From a virus (taxonomy: Duplodnaviria; Caudoviricetes), in IMG/VR virus record IMGVR_UViG_3300011008_000028: a stretch of DNA of 64,000 nucleotides. The stretch is one strand, 5' to 3'. The stretch's first letter is position 1, and each line of letters starts with the position of its first letter. The notes beneath the pieces are model-generated. The model was not told the origin of the DNA. It ran no database searches and saw only the letters and a list, made by a program, of their open reading frames with translations. Shown piece after piece: positions 39,372 through 49,296 of this stretch. A program made the translations under genes and the position numbers.

Positions 39372-39417
39372 CGAGTTATGACATAAGTCAAATTCAACAA
39401 TGAAAGGAATATGAGAA

Positions 39418-40251
39418 ATGATTCATGAAAAATATCCTGAGTATAAAGCCAGACTTAAAAGAACGGCAACACCAACCATGCCCAGAGACGGTAATGTTTT
39501 CATACTTGCCAAAGCATGGGTATGCATTGGCTGGAGAGATTATGATCATGAGATATTCGATCGAATCCCCGTAGAGTCTAATATCAACGTTCATATCGTT
39601 ATGACGGGCAAAGAGTGCCTGGTAGGAGATATGCTTGATGTAATTGAGAAGATCCTCGAGGATGCCAAGTTCACCAAGATCACAATTCATACACCATATG
39701 AATTACATGACATATGGAATTTCCTCAATAACAAAAATGAGATCACATTGATGAGATGGACAAAACTCATCGGTGATAAGAATTCTGGGGTAAGACCTGA
39801 ACTGAAGAGGATCTCATTCGAATATAACAGAGGAGATCTAGTATTCGGAACAACCAAGCACCCTCCCAAACATAAGACACACAGCCTTGATCTGCGTAAG
39901 GTAAACTATAAGCTCCGAGTTCATTATGAAGGTGGGAAGATCAGTTGCACAACTCTTCTGTATGAGGACAAAACAAATATTCCAACATCTTCGAAGGGGG
40001 CAATCCAGACACGGGCACAGCAGATCGATCCTGAAGCTCACAAGGAAGAGATCATTGCCAACTTCAAATCTGTGACCCGTTTAGGGATTCTGAAAACATT
40101 CCGTGATGAGAATGACATTTGGAATTACATCATGAAGCAGGGACCGTGGGCAAACAAGGAAAAGTCTGACACAGAAAAGAAGTCAATGTCAAACATGATC
40201 AATGAAAAGGCAATGGCTGATCTCAAATTTCGCATGAGCAATAAGAAATGA
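39418..40251 (+). CDS. Hypothetical protein
   Basis: 277 aa; own promoter motif and a downstream palindrome. Confidence 0.6.
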   Translation: MIHEKYPEYKARLKRTATPTMPRDGNVFILAKAWVCIGWRDYDHEIFDRIPVESNINVHIVMTGKECLVGDMLDVIEKILEDAKFTKITIHTPYELHDIWNFLNNKNEITLMRWTKLIGDKNSGVRPELKRISFEYNRGDLVFGTTKHPPKHKTHSLDLRKVNYKLRVHYEGGKISCTTLLYEDKTNIPTSSKGAIQTRAQQIDPEAHKEEIIANFKSVTRLGILKTFRDENDIWNYIMKQGPWANKEKSDTEKKSMSNMINEKAMADLKFRMSNKK

Positions 40252-40256
40252 TCATC

Positions 40257-40286
40257 AATTCCCACCGGGAATTCCCGGTGGGAATT
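40257..40286. terminator. Perfect 30-bp palindrome
   Basis: aattcccaccgggaattcccggtgggaatt. Confidence 0.65.
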
Positions 40287-40345
40287 TAATGTGTCTCACA
40301 GATAAACTATGTTTCATAACATTTTGAAAAATATTAACGGAAAGG

Positions 40346-40537
40346 ATGATGTATATGAATTTCTTAAACACAGATTGGTTTGGAATCGACTCAGGCGGCA
40401 CGTCTCCGCCTGAAGATGGTCCTTATTATCCCGATGTCAGAATAAAGTATTCCGGTTGGGATACGGATGAAGACGATGACGACGCAGACGTCGCTAAATT
40501 GTATGATGAAGAAGGTGATCTAACGTGGCAAAGATGA
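40346..40537 (+). CDS. Small acidic hypothetical protein
   Basis: AAGGA RBS; overlaps the next gene. Confidence 0.45.
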   Translation: MMYMNFLNTDWFGIDSGGTSPPEDGPYYPDVRIKYSGWDTDEDDDDADVAKLYDEEGDLTWQR

Positions 40538-41064
40538 TAGACTTGCATAATCAAGCAAAGTTTATGATCGACGAATGTATGCAATCGCTTATAAAATGGA
40601 TTAAAGATAACTTTATCACCATTGAGCAGCATGAGCAGGATCTGGCAAACTTGCGGGCAGAATTAATGGGTGTTCCGAAACTTTCCAAGACTATCTCTCA
40701 GGGCATAGACGCAGGGCGAATCATAACAGAGAATGACGACAACGATCGGGTTTACAGGCATTACTGTATCATCGATGGCAAGAAGGAGTTAATCGAAGAA
40801 ATCCCATACGATCAGTATCTGAAAGATTCCAACAACCCCGAACTTGGTCGAGGTGGCTATAGTAATGTAGCTGCGTTGAACATGATGAGATCTATACATG
40901 ATACAATGGATAAAGCCAGACCAATTCCTGACGGTTACGCTGACGAACAATTCAAGTACACGGAGGCTGCTCAGAAACAAGGTGCAACAGCATGGGCGGA
41001 AATCAACCAATCCATTGCAAGTCAATGGAATGACATGATAGGAGGTAACCATGGGAACGATTAG
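40525..41064 (+). CDS. Hypothetical protein
   Basis: 179-aa ORF in operon. Confidence 0.55.
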   Translation: MAKMIDLHNQAKFMIDECMQSLIKWIKDNFITIEQHEQDLANLRAELMGVPKLSKTISQGIDAGRIITENDDNDRVYRHYCIIDGKKELIEEIPYDQYLKDSNNPELGRGGYSNVAALNMMRSIHDTMDKARPIPDGYADEQFKYTEAAQKQGATAWAEINQSIASQWNDMIGGNHGND

Positions 41065-41296
41065 TACCGAAAAGGTAGGAGGCATAACACGTACACTTGC
41101 AGAAGTCAACGCGGAGGCAATACAGGAACTGCAGAAGATGGTTCAGACTCTTTCCAATCAGATCTCATCATTACAGGATGAGAATGACCGTCTTAAGAAG
41201 CAGATCAGATCTCTGCAGGAGCAGATCAGATCTCTGCAGGAGCAGATTGATGATCATGATATGCAGATAGCTGGTGTTAGAGCGTGTTGTATGTAG
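41051..41296 (+). CDS. Coiled-coil protein
   Basis: AGGAGG RBS; heptad repeats. Confidence 0.6.
   Translation: MGTISTEKVGGITRTLAEVNAEAIQELQKMVQTLSNQISSLQDENDRLKKQIRSLQEQIRSLQEQIDDHDMQIAGVRACCM
41199..41247 (+). repeat. 21-bp tandem duplication (one heptad, QIRSLQE)
   Basis: agcagatcagatctctgcagg x2 plus agcagat. Confidence 0.85.
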
Positions 41297-41306
41297 AGGT
41301 GATGAC

Positions 41307-41723
41307 ATGAGTATCAATCGACACTTTTATGACTATGAATACATAGATCATGGTCTTGCTGATAACATCGCAGATGTAATGAGATGGCATACACCATCAG
41401 TTCGGGAGATGCTAAAACAGTGGATAGATGCCGTTGGTATAACATCAGATCCTATTGAACTGTATCCGCCAGTCAATGATCTACGTACATCAGCCGAAAT
41501 TCTGTCAGATCCTGAAACGGAATTCACTGAATTACCATTATCCGGAGGACATATCACATCAGCCGATGGGAAAGACCGTATCATCGAGAAAGCGTATACA
41601 ACAGGTAACAATGACCTGATTGTGAAGTTTGATGATGGTAAATACTGCCACTATACCGGACTAATACCTACTTCATTTATCAGTAGATCAGAAGAGGAGG
41701 AAACAAACAATGATACCATATAA
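41307..41723 (+). CDS. Hypothetical protein
   Basis: GAGGTG RBS before MSINR. Confidence 0.55.
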   Translation: MSINRHFYDYEYIDHGLADNIADVMRWHTPSVREMLKQWIDAVGITSDPIELYPPVNDLRTSAEILSDPETEFTELPLSGGHITSADGKDRIIEKAYTTGNNDLIVKFDDGKYCHYTGLIPTSFISRSEEEETNNDTI

Positions 41724-41824
41724 ACCACATGACCCAGAGCAAATCAGTAGGGCATCTATTGCCATGGAACGGATGATGCAATGGATCCAATTAATATCAA
41801 AAGAAAGGAGACTATTCGAAGCAT

Positions 41825-44800
41825 ATGTTAGCATATTTAAATGATTTGCCAAACGAGTTCCGTGAAATGCTGAATCATGATCTCATGAACAAGACATTTG
41901 ACAAGCCGTTGGAAGAGTTCATCTTCGATGCCTTCAAAGGGTTTGAGATTCTGCCCAACATCAAGATTCTGGGATATGAATGGGTCCCAGATGAAGATAA
42001 GTATGACGTCAATGACCATGTCATTCGCAGAAACTCAAACAAGAATAAGGTCATTAAGAACATCTCCGAGACACGTTGTGGTGTACTGTACTTAGACGTT
42101 GAAGTTACAGGTACAGACAAGAACGGAATTCTGAAGACGGTGGTGCTGAAGAAACCGTTAATCATCCCAGTTGCCGACAAACACGGCTACTACACTATCA
42201 AAGGCAAGAAGTGCTATCTTATATACCAGATGGTGGATAAGATGCTCTATCCTTCCTTCGGTGCTGTAACGGTGAAGTCACTGATGCCCATCTGTGTCAA
42301 AACATCCAAAGATGATTTCACTGATACCAAGGGGAATGTATACACCATTCCGACCTACACCATTCAGATCTTCAAATCGGCAATCAATGTTCTGCTGATG
42401 TATTCCAATCTCTGTATTACCAAGTCACTGATGTTTCTTGAAGTAGATAGATTCATCAAGGTTGAGCAGAAGAACAAGGAGTACCCGGAATCTGATAACA
42501 TCATCCGTTTCGAATGTGATAACAAGACGGATGTTGTGATTGCTGTCAAGAAGAAGGCATTCGATGATCAGATCTACATTCGTTCCATTGTAGGATGCTT
42601 GGTAAAGCTCTTCAATGAGACCCATGTTCAGTATGCAGATATTGATAACTGGGAGAACTGGATGATCATCGTAGGCGGAAAGAATACAATTAGGAGAGGT
42701 ATATACCAACATATCTTCTTCAACAGATTACTGGATGAAGTTACCAGGAAAGAGTTAAAGATCAATGACTATGATAAGCAGGACATATACCATTTACTCA
42801 AATGGGTTATAGGCAATTTTCATACGTTGTGGGCGAAAGATAACCTTTCCATGATAAACAAACGTCTCAGATGTAATGAGTATATTTCATCATTCATAAC
42901 CGCAGAGGTATCAAAGCGTATAAACCGCATCGTGTCATTAGGAGATAAAGCCGGATTAAGTGACATGCTTAAGGCGTTTAAATTCCCTGAACTCTTTGGG
43001 GTTCCTTTCGAAATTGCGGGAATATCTTTAGAGCTCTAATTACTAACTCATAGTAGTGATACATATGAGGGCTGAACTAATCATTCAGGTATAGTAAAAA
43101 GATTAGAGATTAGACAATCCGCAGTGAATCAACATTAGCTATCAAAAAATATAAAAGGAGGTGTTAATATGGGAAAATATAAACTTACTAAAAGCGAAAA
43201 AGCCATCTTGGATTTGACAGAAACCTTGACATGGAAGCCTTATATATTCAATGGAAAAGAAACGATGTATGAAGTATCTGATTTAGGAATAGTTCGTAAT
43301 AAGAATTCAAAAGTTATATTGAATGGCTCTCCTGATAAACGTGGCTATATTATGCTAACATTACACATTGATGGAAAAAGTAGATCTACTTTACTGCATC
43401 GAATTGTAGCCAAAACATTTATACCAAATCCTGATAACAAGCCTACTGTAAATCACAAAGATGGAAATAAACGCAATAATGCGGTTTCCAATCTAGAATG
43501 GGCTACTCATCAGGAGAACATAACCCATGCCCTGAGGACTGGTTTAAGAGATCTACGTGGGACCAGAGCTATTAGTAATAAATATAGTGAAAAGCAAGTT
43601 TGTGACATGTGTGAATTATTACAAAAAGGATATTCAATGAAAGATGCAGCAGAGTTACTCAATGCGAATATCAATCTGGCAAGAAGAATCCTCTATTTCG
43701 GAAAATGGGCACATATCACAAAAGATTACATATTCCCAAAATACCACTTTAACAAAGATCTCGTAATAAAAACCAATGAAACGTATGCTAATGTTGAACA
43801 TTCATCGACTATCCCGAAAGGGAGTACACAGTAAGCCAATGACTGTGGAAGTGAAAGGCTCATGTAAATGAGAAGATATAGTCACAACGTACTACGAGAG
43901 TAGTAGCAGAGTTAAAAGCTCGGCCATGAACTTGCGAATCATGGTGAAGATAATTGGAAGATTTGTTTATTTCCAGATTGTATAAATCTGGAGTTCTAAG
44001 ATATATCGAGAATGATTCTGATATCGACATAAGCTCCAAGTTTGCATACACAGCAAAAGGCGAATACATTGGGGACAACACGAATGAGTACCCTAATTGG
44101 CCTTCTCTCTCATAATTGCGGGAACACCCTTAGAGCCTAACTAACCGCGGCTACTGGTGACAGATAGTGAATTTACTATATTTAATTTCTATACAAGGAG
44201 ATGATAATATGAATCCTGAAGAAATTAACAATATGAATGTTCTTGGCAAAATATTAGTTCAGGAATTAATAGATGGAATTAATTCTGGTAAATATGTAAA
44301 ATTAAAAATGAATACAATTCCACGTGATCAGGTAATTCCAGTAAAGGTTCAGCCACCTAAATCAAGAGCAAAAGAGATGGCAAGTAAACCATTCATAATA
44401 GATTGAATATAGTAAAAAGTTCAACGACTATCGACCAACACTAGTATTGGAGAAATACCATACATAGTGTCAGTAGAGTACGGACCAGGGATATTAGGTT
44501 CATATACACAATGGAGCGGTGTATATCTAAAGCGGAAACGAGAGACCCTGTATATTGGTAACAGATATACAGGGAAGATATAGTCTCAGCATGCACCGAA
44601 AGGTGTAGCAGTTCATAAGAGAACGTTATTATCTCCCAAAGATAATAAGAAGATAACTGCCAAATTCGTTAGGTGGTAAAGACACCAGAAGAATTCCAAT
44701 CCGCCAAAGAGCGTTACACCCATCCATGTTGGGCTGGCTCGATGTAGCCGCCACCAGCAGTTCGGACCCAGGACGCTCTGGTAGCTTATCTCCGTATAAT

Positions 44801-45094
44801 GAAATGAAATCAATGTATTTTGATGATTCATTATATGAGAATCAAATGCACTATGTAATAGCAAAGATGTTGGAATCTGAGGAACTTGATGATGATTGCG
44901 AGGAAATCAGAATCCACTGCGACTCTGAAGAAGAGTATAACAAGACACTGGATTTGTTGTACCATGCAGGGGAAGGTAAGATCAAAATGTTTGGCGTTAC
45001 AAACATGCCTTTCGACATTATTATTGAAAAAGATCCGAGAGTTAAGTACAGAAAATTTGATGAATCCAACCTTCTGAACAGCAATCCAGAATAA
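41825..45094 (+). CDS. Phage multisubunit RNA polymerase beta-like subunit, N-terminal half; exons 41825-42988, 43957-44061, 44660-45094 (567 aa spliced)
   Basis: GYYTIKGKKCYLIYQ; spliced joins FKFP|EDLFISRL and YTAKG|PNSLGG stay in frame; RALHPSMLGWLDVAATSSSDPGRSGSL matches the beta H(P)S...G conserved region. Confidence 0.82.
42989..43956 (+). mobile_element. Group I intron 1 carrying an HNH gene
   Basis: Exon ends ccct pairing with gggg (U.G); P aaattgcgggaa, Q aatccgcag, R ttcatcgacta, S aagatatagtc; terminal G. Confidence 0.88.
43169..43834 (+). CDS. Intron-encoded NUMOD4-HNH homing endonuclease
   Basis: YEVSDLGIVRN; HRIVAKTFIPNPDNKPTVNHKDGNKRNNAVSNLEW; AAGGAGG RBS. Confidence 0.9.
   Translation: MGKYKLTKSEKAILDLTETLTWKPYIFNGKETMYEVSDLGIVRNKNSKVILNGSPDKRGYIMLTLHIDGKSRSTLLHRIVAKTFIPNPDNKPTVNHKDGNKRNNAVSNLEWATHQENITHALRTGLRDLRGTRAISNKYSEKQVCDMCELLQKGYSMKDAAELLNANINLARRILYFGKWAHITKDYIFPKYHFNKDLVIKTNETYANVEHSSTIPKGSTQ
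44062..44659 (+). mobile_element. Group I intron 2
   Basis: P aattgcgggaa, R gttcaacgacta, S aagatatagtc; 3' end aagataactG mirrors intron 1 aagataattG; internal guide aattggcctt. Confidence 0.8.
44209..44406 (+). CDS. 65-aa intron-borne ORF of unknown function
   Basis: AAGGAG RBS; enclosed by inverted repeat tttactatatttaat / attgaatatagtaaa. Confidence 0.5.
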   Translation: MNPEEINNMNVLGKILVQELIDGINSGKYVKLKMNTIPRDQVIPVKVQPPKSRAKEMASKPFIID

Positions 45095-45111
45095 TACAGA
45101 AAGGCTCAAGT

Positions 45112-45837
45112 ATGAAGCAAATAGTAAGATACAAATTCCTGTCGATACCGCACAAGTTGGCAGGTGAAATCCGTTTGACAATTGATAGCAAGTCCGTTGC
45201 CTATACCAGCACATACGAGGGAGGAAGGTCCACAAATGTTTCCATGATGCCCTCTGTGGTGCTGACCATCATGAGGGAATCAGAACGAGATGAGAATGGA
45301 AGATTCGTAAGACCACCTTGGAATCCAAATGACTCCATCCCTCTCACTCGGTATCATGTCCCTCTTCTCCTCATGGAAATGAAAGAGATATATAAGGATA
45401 TGAAGATCCCCGAGATGTATAAATACCATGGGGATAGGTTGGAGCTCAATGAGACCTTGGCATCGAAATCCCGCAAGGTGTTCATCATCGGCTCCGTGAC
45501 TGTGGAGTTGGTTCCAGTTGTAATCCAGAGAGATGAGACAACGGCAATCGAGGGAATCAAGATGAAGTTCAACAATGAATCTTCCACGGTTGCTCTGACA
45601 TTGAATGAGTTCTACTCCCTGATATATCAGATAGAGAAACTCAATCTGGATGTCATGGTCACATGGATGTATGATAAGTACATCACGGATGAGGCGAAGG
45701 AACCATATCAGAGAAAGCCCCGTGTTCGTCCCGCAATTGTGGACATTGAACCCAAGACCAGAATGGACTCTATCTTGGCGGAGACGACTGCAACTGAAAC
45801 CAAGGATATGTCATCTATGTTTGATGAGGAAGAATAA
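45112..45837 (+). CDS. Hypothetical protein with acidic C-terminal tip
   Basis: 241 aa, ends MFDEEE. Confidence 0.6.
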   Translation: MKQIVRYKFLSIPHKLAGEIRLTIDSKSVAYTSTYEGGRSTNVSMMPSVVLTIMRESERDENGRFVRPPWNPNDSIPLTRYHVPLLLMEMKEIYKDMKIPEMYKYHGDRLELNETLASKSRKVFIIGSVTVELVPVVIQRDETTAIEGIKMKFNNESSTVALTLNEFYSLIYQIEKLNLDVMVTWMYDKYITDEAKEPYQRKPRVRPAIVDIEPKTRMDSILAETTATETKDMSSMFDEEE

Positions 45838-45841
45838 CATC

Positions 45842-45867
45842 ATGCCCAGGGATCAATCCCTGGGCAT
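45842..45867. terminator. Palindrome
   Basis: atgcccagggat-ca-atccctgggcat followed by pyrimidines. Confidence 0.7.
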
Positions 45868-45884
45868 TTCCTTTCACTTCAAAT

Positions 45885-45893
45885 ATATATTAT
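45885..45893 (+). promoter_or_regulatory. ATATATTAT candidate early promoter
   Basis: Recurrent 9-mer upstream of 45921. Confidence 0.5.
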
Positions 45894-45920
45894 TACTATA
45901 GAAAGGGAAGGTGATGTTAT

Positions 45921-46808
45921 ATGATTGGAGTAATTCCGAGTGGCTCCAAAACATACGAAATATTCGGAGACATAACATGTGTAGAGCCTGTTGAAGGGAA
46001 GCTGTATTATGATCCGGCAACCAGCCGGTTATACTATTACTCGAAGAAAGAAAGTCGATCGAATCCAAACACGGGATATTTTCCGGTGTGGGATGGTAAA
46101 CGAACCTATGTTACGTCAATATCCAATGCCAAATATTTCGATAAAGATGCGATTAAAGTTGACTTCAATACGATGAGTAATAACATCAGTTCTGATGTTG
46201 CAGCAGATATACGGTATAAACAACGGCATGCAACAGATGAGGATATTCTGAAACCGGCGATATCTGATGGGGATAATGCATTCACCCAATGTGTGAAAGG
46301 TGTCATCTCCGCCATGAATATCACGATGGTGGATCTGGTTGATATGACCAATCCACATATGGAAGAAGTGGCTGTGGAGAACTTCTACAATGCCCTGTCG
46401 AAAATCACATTCATGCGGAATGATAAATGGGATATTTGGTGCAATGTGATATTGCATATTCACTATGATATCAATGTTTACAAAGACGGCAAACGGATTC
46501 TGATGTACAAACACCCGGAGCAGACATTCGACACGGGAATCGTGAAGTATGATGATATTGCAAATTCCAAACAGGATCCACTGAAGAAGATCGTCAAGAT
46601 ACTGATGGTAATGTGCAATATCAGTAAGAAGCAGCTCCAGTTATCGGGGATTGATGACTACACCGTCAACAACATGATGACCACCATCAACAGTACGAAG
46701 GTGTTATCTGCACAGCTATTCAGCAGATTCATACGGCTGTCCGAACTCTCGTATGATATCCAAATCTATGACAGGAATAAGAAGTTCCTGTTCGAATATT
46801 CAGAATGA
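45921..46808 (+). CDS. Hypothetical protein (possible tandem HTH-like regions)
   Basis: 295 aa; two helical segments of similar spacing. Confidence 0.55.
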   Translation: MIGVIPSGSKTYEIFGDITCVEPVEGKLYYDPATSRLYYYSKKESRSNPNTGYFPVWDGKRTYVTSISNAKYFDKDAIKVDFNTMSNNISSDVAADIRYKQRHATDEDILKPAISDGDNAFTQCVKGVISAMNITMVDLVDMTNPHMEEVAVENFYNALSKITFMRNDKWDIWCNVILHIHYDINVYKDGKRILMYKHPEQTFDTGIVKYDDIANSKQDPLKKIVKILMVMCNISKKQLQLSGIDDYTVNNMMTTINSTKVLSAQLFSRFIRLSELSYDIQIYDRNKKFLFEYSE

Positions 46809-46825
46809 CATAAGAGGAGTTACAA

Positions 46826-47008
46826 ATGCAACTTGAAGTGAAGTATGACAGAAACAACCACCGTGTTATTGTAGAAGATATCTCATCTGGGATAATTGGT
46901 CGAATAATCCGGGTCAAAGATGACGATGATGCATACCGTGTCATGTCATCCATCGACTTGGAGGAAGCGGCTAACCGTGTTAAAGAAATATCTCTACATA
47001 ACACTTGA
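46826..47008 (+). CDS. Small hypothetical protein
   Basis: GAGGAG RBS. Confidence 0.55.
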   Translation: MQLEVKYDRNNHRVIVEDISSGIIGRIIRVKDDDDAYRVMSSIDLEEAANRVKEISLHNT

Positions 47009-47023
47009 AAGGAGTAATGTAAA

Positions 47024-47662
47024 ATGAAATTCAGATCTAAAGATGGTAGAATCCATAACAACCGTGTCAGCATGCTGCTGGCAAACATCAAGTCCAAAGT
47101 CAGTAATCGGAAAACAGATGAGGATGAATTTCTCGATTTCGAAGAATTTGACGACGATCTCTTTGATGAGGACGACGATGATTCAGATCGGTCAATAAGC
47201 GAAATCGATAAGAATATACTCATCTCGAGTGCCAACAATCTCTCTGAAATGAGTAGAGCCGCAGACGAATCTTTGAGATCAAATACTAAAACGGTATATG
47301 ATGCTGATGCTGTTGATAAAGCAATCAATGATCAGCTTAATGCGGCTGCTAACGCTGGTATCATAAACCCTCCGGATGGGTCTTCAGCAACTGTCATCCT
47401 GGAAGATGGCAGGAAGATCGAACTCCGCAACCTACAGGCTGTAGATGACAGTACTGATATTCTGGATGAACCCATTGAAGATGATCCTCCTATACGTGTC
47501 ACTGAACATCCGGTTGAAGGTAGTGTAGACGTCTCTATACTCAGAGGCTATGCCAATGAGGATGATCCCGAGCTTGCGTATAAGCTCAAGAGGGATGCAG
47601 AGCGAGAGCGTTCCATGAGTGAAGAAGAGACGAATGACTCGGATGATGGTGAACAGCTTTAA
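47024..47662 (+). CDS. Acidic hypothetical protein
   Basis: AAGGAG RBS; D/E tracts. Confidence 0.6.
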   Translation: MKFRSKDGRIHNNRVSMLLANIKSKVSNRKTDEDEFLDFEEFDDDLFDEDDDDSDRSISEIDKNILISSANNLSEMSRAADESLRSNTKTVYDADAVDKAINDQLNAAANAGIINPPDGSSATVILEDGRKIELRNLQAVDDSTDILDEPIEDDPPIRVTEHPVEGSVDVSILRGYANEDDPELAYKLKRDAERERSMSEEETNDSDDGEQL

Positions 47663-47722
47663 GGAGATATACGATGGACGAGAAATTTTACAAAATTCTA
47701 TCGGCATGTTATCCCTGTAGGG

Positions 47723-48343
47723 GTGACTGAATGCATCGAGAACGTTACTGTGCATGATTTATTTGATATGCTTAAAGTCGAAGCTCCACTGTCGAAGAGT
47801 GACTTGCCGGATAAAGTTCTGGCTGGCATGCTGTGCAATGTCAACTATGATGCGGATACCCACAGCGTGTTGTTAAAGATTTTCTGTCATCATAAGCGCA
47901 ATGGCAACGTTATCGAAAACATTATCCCTGTCCGTTTCGAGGTATATGAAGCCACTATTGACATTAAGGAGATTATATTCGATTGCAAAAAGAAAAGCAT
48001 CTATCTCATATACATGAGTGGTGGGCTCGACAATGTTGAGATGGTGTTGACCGATGCATGGGCTTCTCCATTCCCAGATAACAAGGTTATCAAAGAAAAT
48101 CATTTGAAGGTCAAATTCAATTCATACGTTACATTGAATGAAGCTGAGTTGTGGTTCATAGAAAACTACAGACGGATTCCTGAAGAAGATGACGAGGGTC
48201 TTGATAACGTTGATTTCTGGAGGACGGAAGGTGAGAGGGGATGTAATCTACGGATTCGACCGATATATCCCTACAGCAAGGGATATCGAACCATCAGTAA
48301 TGAATGGGACTTCATCTATACCGGCAAGATTGCCAAGAAGTAA
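47723..48343 (+). CDS. Hypothetical protein (5' end possibly frameshifted)
   Basis: 206-aa ORF; the RBS-linked ATG at 47674 is out of frame by +1. Confidence 0.5.
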   Translation: MTECIENVTVHDLFDMLKVEAPLSKSDLPDKVLAGMLCNVNYDADTHSVLLKIFCHHKRNGNVIENIIPVRFEVYEATIDIKEIIFDCKKKSIYLIYMSGGLDNVEMVLTDAWASPFPDNKVIKENHLKVKFNSYVTLNEAELWFIENYRRIPEEDDEGLDNVDFWRTEGERGCNLRIRPIYPYSKGYRTISNEWDFIYTGKIAKK

Positions 48344-48351
48344 CAAAGAAC

Positions 48352-48380
48352 CCACACCACCGGAACTTCCGGTGGTGTGG
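48352..48380. terminator. Palindrome between convergent genes
   Basis: ccacaccaccggaa-c-ttccggtggtgtgg. Confidence 0.7.
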
Positions 48381-48449
48381 TATTCATTTTCTTTTGTATT
48401 TCTATCGAATATACTCAAGCGCCGCGACTATTGCCACGATGCGAGCTGC

Positions 48450-49277
48450 TTATTTGCAGTCGAGCTTTTCGGTTGCAGCAGTGATGTTCTTCAGAGCAGC
48501 ATCAACCTTGGTTGCAGCAGCAGATATTGCCTTGATACATTCCTTGGTTTCAGGACACTCAGTCTTCTCTGCCTTAAGCGAGTTGAGCTTTGTCGAAGCA
48601 TCTTCGATAAGTGTCTTCGCCTTGGTGATCTTCTTAAGAATTGCCGAAACCTGAGAATGGAATTCACCGAGCTTCTTAGCTGCATCTTTCTCCTTCTTAG
48701 CATCTGCTGCTTCCTTAGCCTTATCCATATCTGCCTTCTCACCGAATACAGATTCAAGCCAAGCCTGAAGCTGAGCAGGCTTTGTCTCCGCCATTTCAAG
48801 TACAGTATCCATTGCAAGATTCTCGAACTCGTCGATTGATGCTTCCTGGACAACTGTTACTGTCTGTAATGCTTCACATATATCAGCAGCTTCTTTGAAA
48901 GACTGTTGGAGCTGCTTGATTGCGTTGTTGTACTCAGAAGCTGTAAGAGTTGCTCCCTGAGGAACGGAAATTGAAGCGGTGTCATAGGGTTTTGCCGAAG
49001 GTGTTTCAGAAATGCTGTTAGGATTAACAGGTCCCATCTCGCCATTTGCAGGCTTTGCTGCGGGCTTTTCAGCAGGCTTAGGAGCTACATCCTTCTCTCC
49101 AGAATTGTTAGCATCGAAATGCTCTGCAGGAGCTGCCGGGCTCTTTGTGTCGAACTCCTGTTCACTCTCCGTGATAGGTTCGTCAAGTATGTTCAGTTCA
49201 GGCGCTATTGTTGCATCTGCATCAGCACTTTCAAATGCTGTAAGATTAAATAATCCTTTTTCCATGATTAAATTCAT
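48450..49277 (-). CDS. Internal head protein, A/K-rich
   Basis: AFESA, ITESE, VQEAS, WLESV motifs; shares LTxSEYN segment with 50705..51598. Confidence 0.5.
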   Translation of the reverse strand: MNLIMEKGLFNLTAFESADADATIAPELNILDEPITESEQEFDTKSPAAPAEHFDANNSGEKDVAPKPAEKPAAKPANGEMGPVNPNSISETPSAKPYDTASISVPQGATLTASEYNNAIKQLQQSFKEAADICEALQTVTVVQEASIDEFENLAMDTVLEMAETKPAQLQAWLESVFGEKADMDKAKEAADAKKEKDAAKKLGEFHSQVSAILKKITKAKTLIEDASTKLNSLKAEKTECPETKECIKAISAAATKVDAALKNITAATEKLDCK

Positions 49278-49296
49278 CCTTTCAAAAAATAATTTG

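Noticed and set aside
41825-43039. 404-aa ORF as a complete gene
   Set aside because: The last 16 codons read into intron 1; the protein continues in exons 2 and 3.
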